A stretch of 64,000 nt of DNA, from NCBI GenBank assembly GCA_963711535.1, contig CAVQEN010000020.1:220211-284210 (forward strand), written 5' to 3'. This DNA is from an uncultured Actinomycetota bacterium (GTDB taxonomy: Bacteria > Actinomycetota > Actinomycetes > Streptosporangiales > Streptosporangiaceae). This document shows positions 41,001 to 49,806 of this stretch, piece after piece; positions within the stretch are counted from its first letter, which is position 1, and every line of letters begins with the position of its first letter. Both the position numbers and the translations under genes were made by a program. The notes below the pieces were generated by a model. It did not search any database. It worked only from the letters and a program-made list of their open reading frames with translations, and was not told the origin of the DNA.

Positions 41001-41972
41001 ATGAAGGCAGCCCTATACGAAAACCATGGCGCGGCAGCCGACGTGCTCCGGGTCACCGAGATCGACCGGCCCGAGCCCGGGCCCGGCCAGGTGCGGGTCC
41101 GGATGCGACTGTCGGGGATCAACCCGACCGACTTCAAGTCCCGGTCCGGGGCGACTCCGCGGCCAATTGACGGCTTCCAGATTCCGCACCATGACGGCGC
41201 CGGCGTGATCGACGCCGTCGGCGCCGGCGTCGACGACAGCCGGATCGGCGAGCGGGTGTGGACCCTGCTGGCGGCCGCCGGCAACCGCTTCGGCACAGCC
41301 GCGCAGTGGTGTGTCCTGCCGGCCGGGCATGCAGTGGCACTTCCGCCCGGCGCATCCGACGAACTGGGCGCCTGCCTCGGCGTGCCGGCCGTCACCGCGC
41401 ACCGCTGCCTGCTGGCCGACGGCCCTGTCGACGGCGCGAGCGTGCTGGTAGCGGGCGGCGCGGGAGCGGTGGGCCATTACGCCATCGAGCTTGCTAAGTT
41501 CTCCGGTGCCCGGGTGGTGACGACGGTCAGCGGGCCGCACAAGGCGGAACTGGCACGGCAGGCGGGCGCCGATCAGGTCGTGAACTACAAGGACCCGGAT
41601 GCTACTGATCAGCTTCGCGCGTTCGCGCCGGAGATGGACCGCATCGTCGAGGTTGCGCTGGGCGCGAACCTCGAGCTTGACCTCGCCGTGTCCGGGCCGC
41701 GCACGCACATCGCGGACTACGCTGCCGAGCCGTCGGACCCGGTCCTTCCCGTGCGCAGGTGCATGACCGCCAACCTCGCGCTGCGGTTCGTCCTGCTGTA
41801 CAGCATGCCGCCGACGGCCGTGGACGCGGCAGCGGCCGACATCGACCGGGCGCTCGGCAGCGGCGCGCTGACCCCGCTGCCGATCATCCGGTTCCCGCTC
41901 GACCAGATAGTGCAGGCGCAGGAAGCGGTGGAAGCGGGCACCGTGGGCAAGGTGGTCATCGAGCTGCCGTGA
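41001..41972 (+). CDS. NADPH:quinone oxidoreductase / zinc-type alcohol dehydrogenase superfamily
   Basis: MKAALYENHG ... GQVRVRMRLSGINPTDFKSRSG ... VLVAGGAGAVGHYAIELAKFSGARVV. Alternative GTG start at 40977. Confidence 0.85.
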   Translation: MKAALYENHGAAADVLRVTEIDRPEPGPGQVRVRMRLSGINPTDFKSRSGATPRPIDGFQIPHHDGAGVIDAVGAGVDDSRIGERVWTLLAAAGNRFGTAAQWCVLPAGHAVALPPGASDELGACLGVPAVTAHRCLLADGPVDGASVLVAGGAGAVGHYAIELAKFSGARVVTTVSGPHKAELARQAGADQVVNYKDPDATDQLRAFAPEMDRIVEVALGANLELDLAVSGPRTHIADYAAEPSDPVLPVRRCMTANLALRFVLLYSMPPTAVDAAAADIDRALGSGALTPLPIIRFPLDQIVQAQEAVEAGTVGKVVIELP

Positions 41973-42020
41973 GCTAATCCCGGACAGCACTTCCGGCAAG
42001 CAGGTTGGCACCGGGCTGGA

Positions 42021-42084
42021 TAACGGTTATCCTCCACCTAACGGTTATCTTCCACCTAACCGTTATCCAGCTAGCCGTTAGAGG
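42021..42084 (+). promoter_or_regulatory. Array of four TAAC-N-GTTA-type half-palindromic boxes upstream of a PadR gene (candidate operator array)
   Basis: TAACGGTTATCCTCCACC (42021-42038), TAACGGTTATCTTCCACC (42039-56), TAACCGTTATCCAGC (42057-71), TAGCCGTTAGAGG (42072-84). The array ends 10 nt before PadR ATG 42095. Confidence 0.5.
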
Positions 42085-42094
42085 TGAGCGCCCG

Positions 42095-42622
42095 ATGCAA
42101 CAGGAAGTCGTGCTCGCGCTGCTGGCCAAGGAACCTTCGTATGGCTACCAGCTGCGCGCGCGACTGCGCCATGCTCTCGGCCCGCTGGGCGACGCCATGA
42201 ACGACGGCCAGGTCTACGTGACGCTTGCCCGGCTGGAGAAGGCCGGCCAGGTGACGGCTGAGCAGGCGGCGGGGCCGGCGGATAAGCCAGACCGCAAGGT
42301 GTACGCCCTCACCGCCGCCGGCCACCAGCGGGTCGCCGACTGGTTCTCTGAGGTCAGCTGGCCGCGACCTGATCTGGCCGAATTCCATCTCAAGCTCATC
42401 GCCGCGGCGGCCGCGCGGCTGGCCGATCCGATCGCGATCGTCGACGCCCAGCGCCGGGAGCTGCTGCGCCGCTTGCGAGACGCGCAGCGGGTCGCCATGG
42501 CCGAACCGAGCGGATCCGACGCGGGTCTGCTCCTCGAGGGCATCGTGCTCCGGCTGCAAGCTGACCTGCGCTGGCTTGAGGCGTGCGAACGGAACTGGAC
42601 GGGCCGGCGGGCCCGCGGATGA
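42095..42622 (+). CDS. PadR-family transcriptional regulator
   Basis: VVLALLAKEPSYGYQLRARL ... GQVYVTLARLEKAGQV ... RKVYALTAAG, plus a C-terminal dimerisation-like helix region. Confidence 0.85.
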   Translation: MQQEVVLALLAKEPSYGYQLRARLRHALGPLGDAMNDGQVYVTLARLEKAGQVTAEQAAGPADKPDRKVYALTAAGHQRVADWFSEVSWPRPDLAEFHLKLIAAAAARLADPIAIVDAQRRELLRRLRDAQRVAMAEPSGSDAGLLLEGIVLRLQADLRWLEACERNWTGRRARG

Positions 42623-43494
42623 AAGGCACGGGGACAGCTGTGAACAGCATTGCCGACGCGAACAGCACAGCCGGCGCGAACAGCACAGCCGACGCGAGCA
42701 GCACGGGCGACGCGAGCAGCACGGGCGACGCGAGCAGCACGGGCGACGCGAGCAGCACCGGTAACACCTTCATGGTGCGCACTCGCGCGCTGTGCAAGCA
42801 GTACGGCAAGGACGACGGCCTCGTACGCGCCGTGGATCATGTCGATCTCGCGGTGACCACGGGCGAGACGCTGGCGGTGATGGGCCCGAGTGGCTGCGGC
42901 AAATCGACGCTGCTGCACCTGGTTGGCGGCCTGGACCGGCCGTCGGCAGGCGAACTGTGGCTGGCCGGGCAGCGGATCGACCAGATGAGCGAGCGCGGCT
43001 TGGCCGCTATCCGCCGCGACGCCGTCGGCTTTGTGTTCCAGGCGTTTCATCTCATGGACGAGCTGACCGCGGTGGAGAACATCGAGCTGCCGGCCCTGCT
43101 AGCAGGCCGGTCAGCGCGCACCGCCCGCCGCCGGGCTACCGCTCTCCTTGACCAGGTAGGGCTCGCCGACCGGGCCCGGCACCTGCCGTCGCAGCTCTCC
43201 GGTGGTCAGCGGCAGCGGGTCGCGATCGCCCGTGCGCTAGCGAATGAGCCGCTGATCGTGCTGGCTGATGAGCCGACCGGCAACCTGGACACCGAGGCGA
43301 CACTGGAGGTGCTGCGGCTCTTCGAGACGCTGCACGAAGCCGGCCAGACGCTCGTCATCGTGACCCACGACGCGCGGATCGCGGCCACCGCGGACCGGCT
43401 GATCTCCATGCGCGACGGTGCCTTTGTCGACGAGACCAGGCTGACAGGCGGCAGCACCGGAAGCCTCGGCCAGCTGGCCGGGCTCGGCGGCTGA
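42619..43494 (+). CDS. ABC transporter ATP-binding protein (MacB-type ATPase), possibly with a repeat-containing N-terminal extension
   Basis: Walker A GPSGCGKST, LSGGQRQR, IVLADEPTGNLD, VTHD. ATG 42619 overlaps the PadR stop (ATGA). Alternative ATG 42772 lies directly before the conserved core (MVRTRALCKQYG). Confidence 0.85.
   Translation: MKGTGTAVNSIADANSTAGANSTADASSTGDASSTGDASSTGDASSTGNTFMVRTRALCKQYGKDDGLVRAVDHVDLAVTTGETLAVMGPSGCGKSTLLHLVGGLDRPSAGELWLAGQRIDQMSERGLAAIRRDAVGFVFQAFHLMDELTAVENIELPALLAGRSARTARRRATALLDQVGLADRARHLPSQLSGGQRQRVAIARALANEPLIVLADEPTGNLDTEATLEVLRLFETLHEAGQTLVIVTHDARIAATADRLISMRDGAFVDETRLTGGSTGSLGQLAGLGG
42658..42765 (+). repeat. Six tandem 18-bp units (in frame, coding A-[N/S]-S-T-[A/G]-[G/D/N])
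   Basis: GCGAACAGCACAGCCGGC, GCGAACAGCACAGCCGAC, then GCGAGCAGCACGGGCGAC three times, then GCGAGCAGCACCGGTAAC. Confidence 0.95.
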
Positions 43495-43498
43495 CGAC

Positions 43499-45265
43499 AT
43501 GAGCAAACTGCTGATCATCGGCCGGCTCGCCTGGCGGGACCTGCGACTGCGGCGGGCCGAGGCCACGCTGATGCTGCTCGTCGTGACGGCGGCAACGGCG
43601 ACCCTGACGCTAGGGCTGGCGCTCAGCGGAGTGACGGCCAGCCCGTACCAGCACACCAGAGCCGTCACGCACGGCCCTGACGTGGTAGCCGGATCAGCTG
43701 GCGCCGCGCACGGCGGAGGTGTGCCCGGCGCCCTGACAGCACTGGAGAACGCGCCGGGCGTCACCGGCTTCAGCGGCCCGTATCCGGTCGTGGGTCCCGT
43801 GCTCCGGATAGGCGGCCGGACGATACCGACCGGCTTCAATGCCGAAGGCCGCAGCCAGGCGCCAGCGGCGATCGACCAGCCGAAGGTCACTCAGGGCACC
43901 TGGGTGCGGCCAGGTGGCATCGTGGTCGAGCCCACCTACGCGGCCGAGGCTCATCTCGCCGTCGGCGACCGGATTACGCTGAGCGGCGGGGGGACACAGG
44001 GCGGCCGGCCATTCCGGGTCGTCGGCCTCGCGGTCACGGCCGCGGAACCGTCGGTCAACGCGCCCGGCCAGATCTGGCTCACCGAGGCCGACGCGCGCAG
44101 CCTCATCAGCCGGTCGGACCCGGTCTACTACGAGCTGAACCTGAAGCTGGCGGATCCGGCTCGGGCGACGGCCTTCGCTGACGCCCGCGGTACCAGCGAG
44201 GTGTCCCTGCAGTCCTGGCAGCAGATCGCCAGCCATGACGCCAAGCAGCTCCAGATCGAGCAGGCGGCGCTCGGGGTCGGCGGCTCGCTGCTCGGCCTGC
44301 TGGCGATCGCCAGTCTGGCCGTGCTGGCTGGTGGCCGGGTCGCTGAGCAATCCCGCCGGGTCGGCCTGCTCAAGGCAGTCGGCAGCTCGCCACGGCTGGT
44401 GGCCGGGGTGCTGCTGGCCGAGCACCTCGCGGTCGCGCTCGCAGCCGCTGCTGCCGGGCTCGCGGCTGGCTGGCTGGCCGCACCGCTGCTGTCCAGCCCG
44501 GCCGACGGACTGCTCGGCGTGCCGGGCGCGCCATCTCTCACGATCGCGACTGTGGGCATCGTCACCCTCGCCGCACTGGCTGTTGCACTGCTGGCGACGC
44601 TCGGCCCGGCCAGCCGCGCTGGCCGCACCAGCACCGTAGCTGCGCTGGCGAACGCCGCCCGCGCGCCGCGCCGCACCCGCTGGCTGATCGCGCTATCCCG
44701 GCGGCTGCCGACCCCGCTCCTGCTCGGGCTGCGGCTGGCCGGCCGGCGGCCGCGGCGGCTAGTGTTCAGCGCACTCAGCGTGGCCATCGTGGTAGCCGCC
44801 ATGACCGGCGTGCTGAACATGCTGGCGCAGGGCCGTGTGCGCCGGGTGCCGGGCGGGCTGGTGAATCCCGTGCACACGGCGGTGAGCCAGGTGCTGCTCG
44901 TCATCACCGTGGTCCTGATCGTGCTGGCCGCGGTGAACGCGGTCTTCGTGGCGCTCACGACCGTGCGAGACTCGCGCCGCCCGCTCGCCGTGGCCCGGTC
45001 GCTGGGCGCCAGCCCTGACCAGATCAGGGCCGGCGTGACGGCGTCGCAACTGACGGCCGCGGTGCCCGGTGCCGTGCTGGGTATCCCGGCTGGCATCGCC
45101 CTGATTGCCGCGTCCACCAGGGACGGCGCATCGGTCGTCCCGTCCGTGTGGGGACTTCTGGCTGTGGTGCTCCTCGCCCTGGCCGGGCTGACGGCGGTCA
45201 GCGCCGGCCCTGCCAGGGCCGCGGCCCGGCAGCCGGTCGCCGAGCTCCTGCAAGCGGAGGCATGA
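43499..45265 (+). CDS. FtsX/MacB-family ABC permease
   Basis: N-terminal RLAWRDLRLRRAEATLMLLVV, a large extracytoplasmic segment, and FtsX-like helices with RRVGLLKAVGSSPRLV and SRRPLAVARSLGASPDQI. Confidence 0.85.
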   Translation: MSKLLIIGRLAWRDLRLRRAEATLMLLVVTAATATLTLGLALSGVTASPYQHTRAVTHGPDVVAGSAGAAHGGGVPGALTALENAPGVTGFSGPYPVVGPVLRIGGRTIPTGFNAEGRSQAPAAIDQPKVTQGTWVRPGGIVVEPTYAAEAHLAVGDRITLSGGGTQGGRPFRVVGLAVTAAEPSVNAPGQIWLTEADARSLISRSDPVYYELNLKLADPARATAFADARGTSEVSLQSWQQIASHDAKQLQIEQAALGVGGSLLGLLAIASLAVLAGGRVAEQSRRVGLLKAVGSSPRLVAGVLLAEHLAVALAAAAAGLAAGWLAAPLLSSPADGLLGVPGAPSLTIATVGIVTLAALAVALLATLGPASRAGRTSTVAALANAARAPRRTRWLIALSRRLPTPLLLGLRLAGRRPRRLVFSALSVAIVVAAMTGVLNMLAQGRVRRVPGGLVNPVHTAVSQVLLVITVVLIVLAAVNAVFVALTTVRDSRRPLAVARSLGASPDQIRAGVTASQLTAAVPGAVLGIPAGIALIAASTRDGASVVPSVWGLLAVVLLALAGLTAVSAGPARAAARQPVAELLQAEA

Positions 45266-45269
45266 CGAC

Positions 45270-47171
45270 ATGAGCAGGTTCCTGCTGATCTGCCGGCTGG
45301 TCGTGCGCGACCTGCGGCGGCGCCCGGCCCAGGCTGCGCTGCTGCTGCTGGCCATCACGGCGGCCTCAGGCACCCTGACGATGGCTCTGGTCCTGCACGG
45401 AGTCACCAGCCACCCGTACGCGCAGACCCGGGCTGCGACCAGGGGACCGGACGTGGTGGCGCTGCTCGGCGAGGGCGGCGGCGTCAGTGTCGGCCCGAAG
45501 GGCGCACCGCCGGGCGGCGGACTGCCTACCCCGAAGACCGCGGCTGCGCAGATCGCGGCACAGGCCGCCGCGCTCATCCACGCTCCAGGCGTCACCGCTC
45601 ATAGCGGTCCGTTCGAGGAGGCCGGCGCTGTAGTGAAGGTCCGGGGGCTCTCGGTCGCGGTCCAGGTGGAAGGCCGCGGCCAGGCCGCGGCTGCGGTCGA
45701 TCAGCCGAAGCTGACAGCCGGCAGCTGGGTGCGTCCCGGCGGCATCGTGCTCGAGCGGGCTTTCGCGGCCGCGCTCGGCGTAGGCGTCGGCGACCAGATC
45801 ACGCTCAATGGCCGCCCGTTCACGGTGGCCGGGCTGGCCGTCACGGCCGCCGAGACCCCCTACCCGAACCTCTGTTTCACTGGCGGCTGCAACACCGGGC
45901 CTCCTGGCAACGGGCAGCTGGAGGGACACGGAGCCGGCCTGGGCTGGGCTACCCAGCCGGACGTCCGCGTCCTGGCCGCGGCCAGCGGGCCAGGACCGGC
46001 GGCCTACGTTCTCAACCTCAAGCTCAGCGAGCCGGCCAGCGCGCCGGCTTTCATCAACGCCTACTATCACCGGAACCGCGTGCTCTCGCAGAGGAGCCCG
46101 GTGAGCTTGCTGTCCTGGCAGGCCATCGCTACCGGGGACGCGCTGCTGGTCACCGACGAGCAGCAGGTGCTGACACCGGGGGCGTGGCTGCTCGGGCTGC
46201 TGGCGCTGGCCAGCGTGGCGGTCCTGGTCGGCGGCCGGATGTCCGAGCGGACCCGGCGGGTCGGCCTGCTGAAGGCAGTCGGCGGCACGCCCGGGCTGGT
46301 CGCCGTCGCGCTGCTGGCCGAGAACCTCATCCTCGCGCTCGCCGCGGCCATCGCCGGGCTGGTGATCGGGAGACTGTGCGCGCCGCTGATCACCAGTCCC
46401 GGCTCCGGGCTGGTCGGAACCCCCGGCGCCCCGTCGCTGACGCTGTCCGTAGCCGGCCAAGTCATCGCGGTGGCCCTCGTCGTCGCCCTGGCCGCGACGC
46501 TCGTGCCCGCCGTCCGGGCCGCCCGGACCAGCACCGTCAGCGCCCTGGCTGACGCGGCCCGTCCGCCCCGGCGCCGGGGCACGCTGATCAGGCTTGCCTG
46601 CCGGCTGCCGGTGCCGCTGCTGTTCGGGCTGCGGCTGGTCGCCCGCAGGCCCCGGCGGGCCGTTCTCGGAGCGGCCAGCATCGCGGTCACGGTGACCGGG
46701 CTCGTCGCCGTCGTCGCTTTTCATGACCTGGCCGGGCAGAAGCGCCTTGGGGCCGCCGCCGGACTGGGCGATCCGATCGCCAGCCGGGACGAGCAGATGC
46801 TGCTTGTCCTCACGGTGGCGCTGGTCACCCTGGCAGTCCTCAACGCGATTGTCACCGCCTGGGCTACGGTCCTGGATGCCCGGCACTCCACGGCGCTGGC
46901 CAGGGCGCTCGGCGCCAGCCCGCGGCAGGTGAGGGCCGGCCTGGCCTTCGCCCAGGTAATCCCGGCGCTGCCCGGCGCGATCCTCGGCATCCCGCTCGGC
47001 ATCGGGCTGTTCGCCGCCGCCAGCGGCAGCGGGCGCGTGGTCGTGCCGCCGGACTGGTGGCTGGGCGTCATCGTGCTGGGCACACTGGTCGTCGTGGCCG
47101 GCCTGACGACCATCCCGGCCCGCATCAACACCCGCCGGCCGGTCGCCGCTGTCCTCGGACAGGAAGCCTGA
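45270..47171 (+). CDS. FtsX/MacB-family ABC permease (paralogue of the preceding gene)
   Basis: Co-linear with 43499..45265: RLVVRDLRRRPAQAALLLLAI, RRVGLLKAVGGTPGLV, ARHSTALARALGASPRQV. Confidence 0.85.
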   Translation: MSRFLLICRLVVRDLRRRPAQAALLLLAITAASGTLTMALVLHGVTSHPYAQTRAATRGPDVVALLGEGGGVSVGPKGAPPGGGLPTPKTAAAQIAAQAAALIHAPGVTAHSGPFEEAGAVVKVRGLSVAVQVEGRGQAAAAVDQPKLTAGSWVRPGGIVLERAFAAALGVGVGDQITLNGRPFTVAGLAVTAAETPYPNLCFTGGCNTGPPGNGQLEGHGAGLGWATQPDVRVLAAASGPGPAAYVLNLKLSEPASAPAFINAYYHRNRVLSQRSPVSLLSWQAIATGDALLVTDEQQVLTPGAWLLGLLALASVAVLVGGRMSERTRRVGLLKAVGGTPGLVAVALLAENLILALAAAIAGLVIGRLCAPLITSPGSGLVGTPGAPSLTLSVAGQVIAVALVVALAATLVPAVRAARTSTVSALADAARPPRRRGTLIRLACRLPVPLLFGLRLVARRPRRAVLGAASIAVTVTGLVAVVAFHDLAGQKRLGAAAGLGDPIASRDEQMLLVLTVALVTLAVLNAIVTAWATVLDARHSTALARALGASPRQVRAGLAFAQVIPALPGAILGIPLGIGLFAAASGSGRVVVPPDWWLGVIVLGTLVVVAGLTTIPARINTRRPVAAVLGQEA

Positions 47172-47249
47172 CCCGGCCGCTGCGGGGGCGACCGGGCCGG
47201 TCACCGGTACGGGACCGGCCCGGTCAGGCCACGGGCTGAACGAGTCAGG

Positions 47250-48542
47250 TCAGGGGCTCAGCCGGTGCAGGTCGCGCGGGAACAAGGCGACCTGCCGCAC
47301 GTTGGCGGCGCCGGTGAGCCGTGCGGTAAACCGCTCCAGCCCGATGGCGAAGCCGCCATGCGGCGGCATGCCGTGCTCGAACACCTGCAGATAGCCCGCG
47401 AATGGCGCGGGGTCGAGACCGCGCTCGGCCAGCGCCGCGAGGTAGTCCTCGTGGCGGTGCAGCCGCTGGCCGCCGGTGACGATCTCGCTGCCGCGGAACA
47501 GCAGGTCGAACCCGTTGGTGTAGCCGGGCCGGGACCGGTCCGGGTAGGTGTAGAACGGCTTCGCGCTCTGCGGGTACCCAGTGACGAACAGGAACTCACT
47601 GCCGTACTCGCGCTGCGCCCACTCGCCCAGCCAGCGCTCGTGCGCGGGCGACAGGTCATCCTCCCCGGCGGGTTCCTCTCCGGTTGCCGACGAGATCAGC
47701 GCCATTGCCTCAGCGAAGTGGACGTGCGGGATCTCGGCCGGCACCTCGGGCAGCGCCGCGCGGAGCTGCTGCATGGCGTCGCTGCCTCGTTTCCGTACTG
47801 ATTCGACCATCCCGGCGACCGCATCCCGGCACACCGGCATGACGTCGAAGTGGTCACCGATGAACCCCAGTTCGGCGTCCAGGCTGGTGTACTGCGCGAG
47901 ATGGCGCGCGGTGTCGTGCGGCTCGGCGCGGAACACCGGCCCGACCTCGTACACCCGCTCGAATACGCCGACCATGGCCTGCTTGTAGAACTGCGGTGAC
48001 TGCGCCAGGTAAGCGGGGCGGCCGAAGTAGTCGATCGCGAACACGTTCGCGCCGCCCTCGGTCGCCGACTCCACGATCTTCGGCGTGAAGATCTCGGTGA
48101 AGCCGCGCTCGTCCAGTGCCGCACGGAAGCCTGCCGCGCTGGCGGCCGCGATCTCGAAGCCGGCCCGGAGCTGCGCGTGACGCAGCGTTGTCGGAGCGTG
48201 GTCCAGGATCGTGGGCAGTGTCGCGGTGAGGCCGGGCCGGTACAGGTCGAAAGGCGGCGCCTCGGCCGGGCCGGACAGCGCTGTCAGAACCGGGTCGGTC
48301 AGCTCGGCGCAGCCCGGGGCCTGCGCGTTCGCGACCACCAGGCCCTCCACCTGCAGCACGGTCTCCTCGCCACCGGGGGCAGCAGTGCCGGGCGGCAGGA
48401 CGACCTGCGCCAGGCCAGACCGGTCGCGGATGATGAGGAACGTAACGGACTTCAGCTCCCGGCGGCGGTGCAGCCAGCCGGCGGTGCTGATGCGCTCGCC
48501 GATGTGCTGCGGCACGTCGGCGGCGAGTACTCGTGAGATCAT
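47250..48542 (-). CDS. aspS: Aspartate--tRNA ligase, archaeal/type-2 form (about 430 aa)
   Basis: Class IIb motifs of the short AspRS type: OB fold WLHRRRELKSVTFLIIRDRSG; IVESATEGGANVF; AYLAQSPQFYKQ; GPVFRAEPHDTARHL; FDLLFRGSEIVTGGQRLH; GMPPHGGFAIGLERF; FPRDLHRLSP. Start at ATG 48542. Confidence 0.9.
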   Translation of the reverse strand: MISRVLAADVPQHIGERISTAGWLHRRRELKSVTFLIIRDRSGLAQVVLPPGTAAPGGEETVLQVEGLVVANAQAPGCAELTDPVLTALSGPAEAPPFDLYRPGLTATLPTILDHAPTTLRHAQLRAGFEIAAASAAGFRAALDERGFTEIFTPKIVESATEGGANVFAIDYFGRPAYLAQSPQFYKQAMVGVFERVYEVGPVFRAEPHDTARHLAQYTSLDAELGFIGDHFDVMPVCRDAVAGMVESVRKRGSDAMQQLRAALPEVPAEIPHVHFAEAMALISSATGEEPAGEDDLSPAHERWLGEWAQREYGSEFLFVTGYPQSAKPFYTYPDRSRPGYTNGFDLLFRGSEIVTGGQRLHRHEDYLAALAERGLDPAPFAGYLQVFEHGMPPHGGFAIGLERFTARLTGAANVRQVALFPRDLHRLSP

Positions 48543-48830
48543 CACAGCTCCCTGAGGGATGTGTGCGACCCCTTGGGAGTGCGGGCGATAAGGGAACTCG
48601 CGGTGCCACCGCACTTTCGCCGCCCGCGGGTGCCGATAGGCGGCCGGGACGGCCTCGTTAGCCCGGTCACGGGGGCGAGCCGGCGGGGCATGAGGCTAGC
48701 TGCTGGCGGCAGTGGCCGTTCCTCCCCGCACTCAGGAGCGTCTTCGCGACCCGGGCGTGAGGCTGCCTTCTCAGCTTCCGGCAGCTCTCTGGATGCTCAC
48801 GTGGACCGGCGCTACTTGTCTCCGTCAGCG
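48543..48830 (-). promoter_or_regulatory. T-box riboswitch leader of aspS (probably translational, SD-sequestering)
   Basis: The minus strand has AGAGAG followed by helix CUGCC...GGCAG (plus 48755-48792) and a specifier-loop-like GCGAA-GAC-G (GAC at plus 48740-48742). It also has the conserved T-box core GUGCGGUGGCACCGCGAG (GGUGGCACCGCG = plus 48599-48610). Helix GCGGGCG/CGCCCGC encloses that core, and a CACUCCC segment can pair with the AGGGAG SD 8 nt before the ATG. Confidence 0.7.
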
Positions 48831-48893
48831 CGTTGACCCCAGCATAGGCGGCTGCGTGTCCGGGACGGCAACTGGATTATCTACCCTGGACAT

Positions 48894-49607
48894 ATGTACA
48901 TCCCCCGGCACTTTGCGCTCAGCGACCTTGCGACCATCTCCGCGTTCGTCGACGCGGCCCAGTCCGCCGACCTCGTCACGTTTGATGGCACGCGGCCGGT
49001 GTCGACTCTCCTGCCGGTGATCTGGGACCTGCCTGCCGCGTTCGGAGCGGACGGTGACGCTAGCGGCGTTCCCGACGGCGGCGCTGACGGCGGTGCCAGC
49101 CAGCCGGATTACGGTCGGCTGCTCGGGCACATCGCCATCGCCAACGACCAGTGGAAGACCGCATTGCCCGGCGCACAGGCGCTGGCTATCGTGCGCGGGC
49201 CGCAGGCCTACATCTCGCCCGCCTGGTACGAGAGCAAGGCCCGGCACGGCCGGGTCGTGCCGACCTGGAATTACGAGGCCGTGCACTTCACCGGGACGGT
49301 GGCCTTCCACCAGGATCCCGAGTGGCTGCGCGCGTTCGTCACCCGGCTGACGGTTCTGCATGAGGGCGGGCGCGAGCATCCGTGGGCGGTGACCGACGCG
49401 CCGCCCGAGTACATCGACGGGCAACTGCGGGCCATCGTCGGAGTTGAGCTGGCCATCACCTCGCTCGAGGCGAAGCAGAAGCTCAGCCAGAACCGCAGCG
49501 AGCTCGACCGCGAGGGGGTCGTCGCCGGACTGCAGTCCGAGCCCGGTCCTGGCCCGGCTGCCATCGCCGACGCGATGGCGGCGCAGCTGACCCCGTCCGA
49601 GAGCTAG
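48894..49607 (+). CDS. FMN-binding negative transcriptional regulator (PaiB family)
   Basis: MYIPRHFA ... AIVRGPQAYISPAWYESK...VPTWNYEAVHFTG ... KLSQNRSELDREGVV. Confidence 0.85.
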   Translation: MYIPRHFALSDLATISAFVDAAQSADLVTFDGTRPVSTLLPVIWDLPAAFGADGDASGVPDGGADGGASQPDYGRLLGHIAIANDQWKTALPGAQALAIVRGPQAYISPAWYESKARHGRVVPTWNYEAVHFTGTVAFHQDPEWLRAFVTRLTVLHEGGREHPWAVTDAPPEYIDGQLRAIVGVELAITSLEAKQKLSQNRSELDREGVVAGLQSEPGPGPAAIADAMAAQLTPSES

Positions 49608-49806
49608 CTAGCCGGCCTGGCTGATGCCGCCTTCGCGGCTTCGGTCTTGCGCGGGGGCGGCAGCGCAGTAGATTGACCGCAGGCCCGCAGGTGGCCTCCG
49701 GTCCGCGGAAAGGGCAGAGCCCGCCTGATACGAATGCTGATGCCAGGGCTGTTCTGCCTCCTTTCGGCCTGATGTTGCGGACCGCAGGCGCGCGAAAGGA
49801 GTCGCG

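Noticed and set aside
42658-42765. Tandem repeats (here, at 42021-42084 and at 24506-24533) considered as a possible CRISPR array.
   Set aside because: The units are contiguous (no spacers), short (14-18 bp) and few. No cas genes are in the window.
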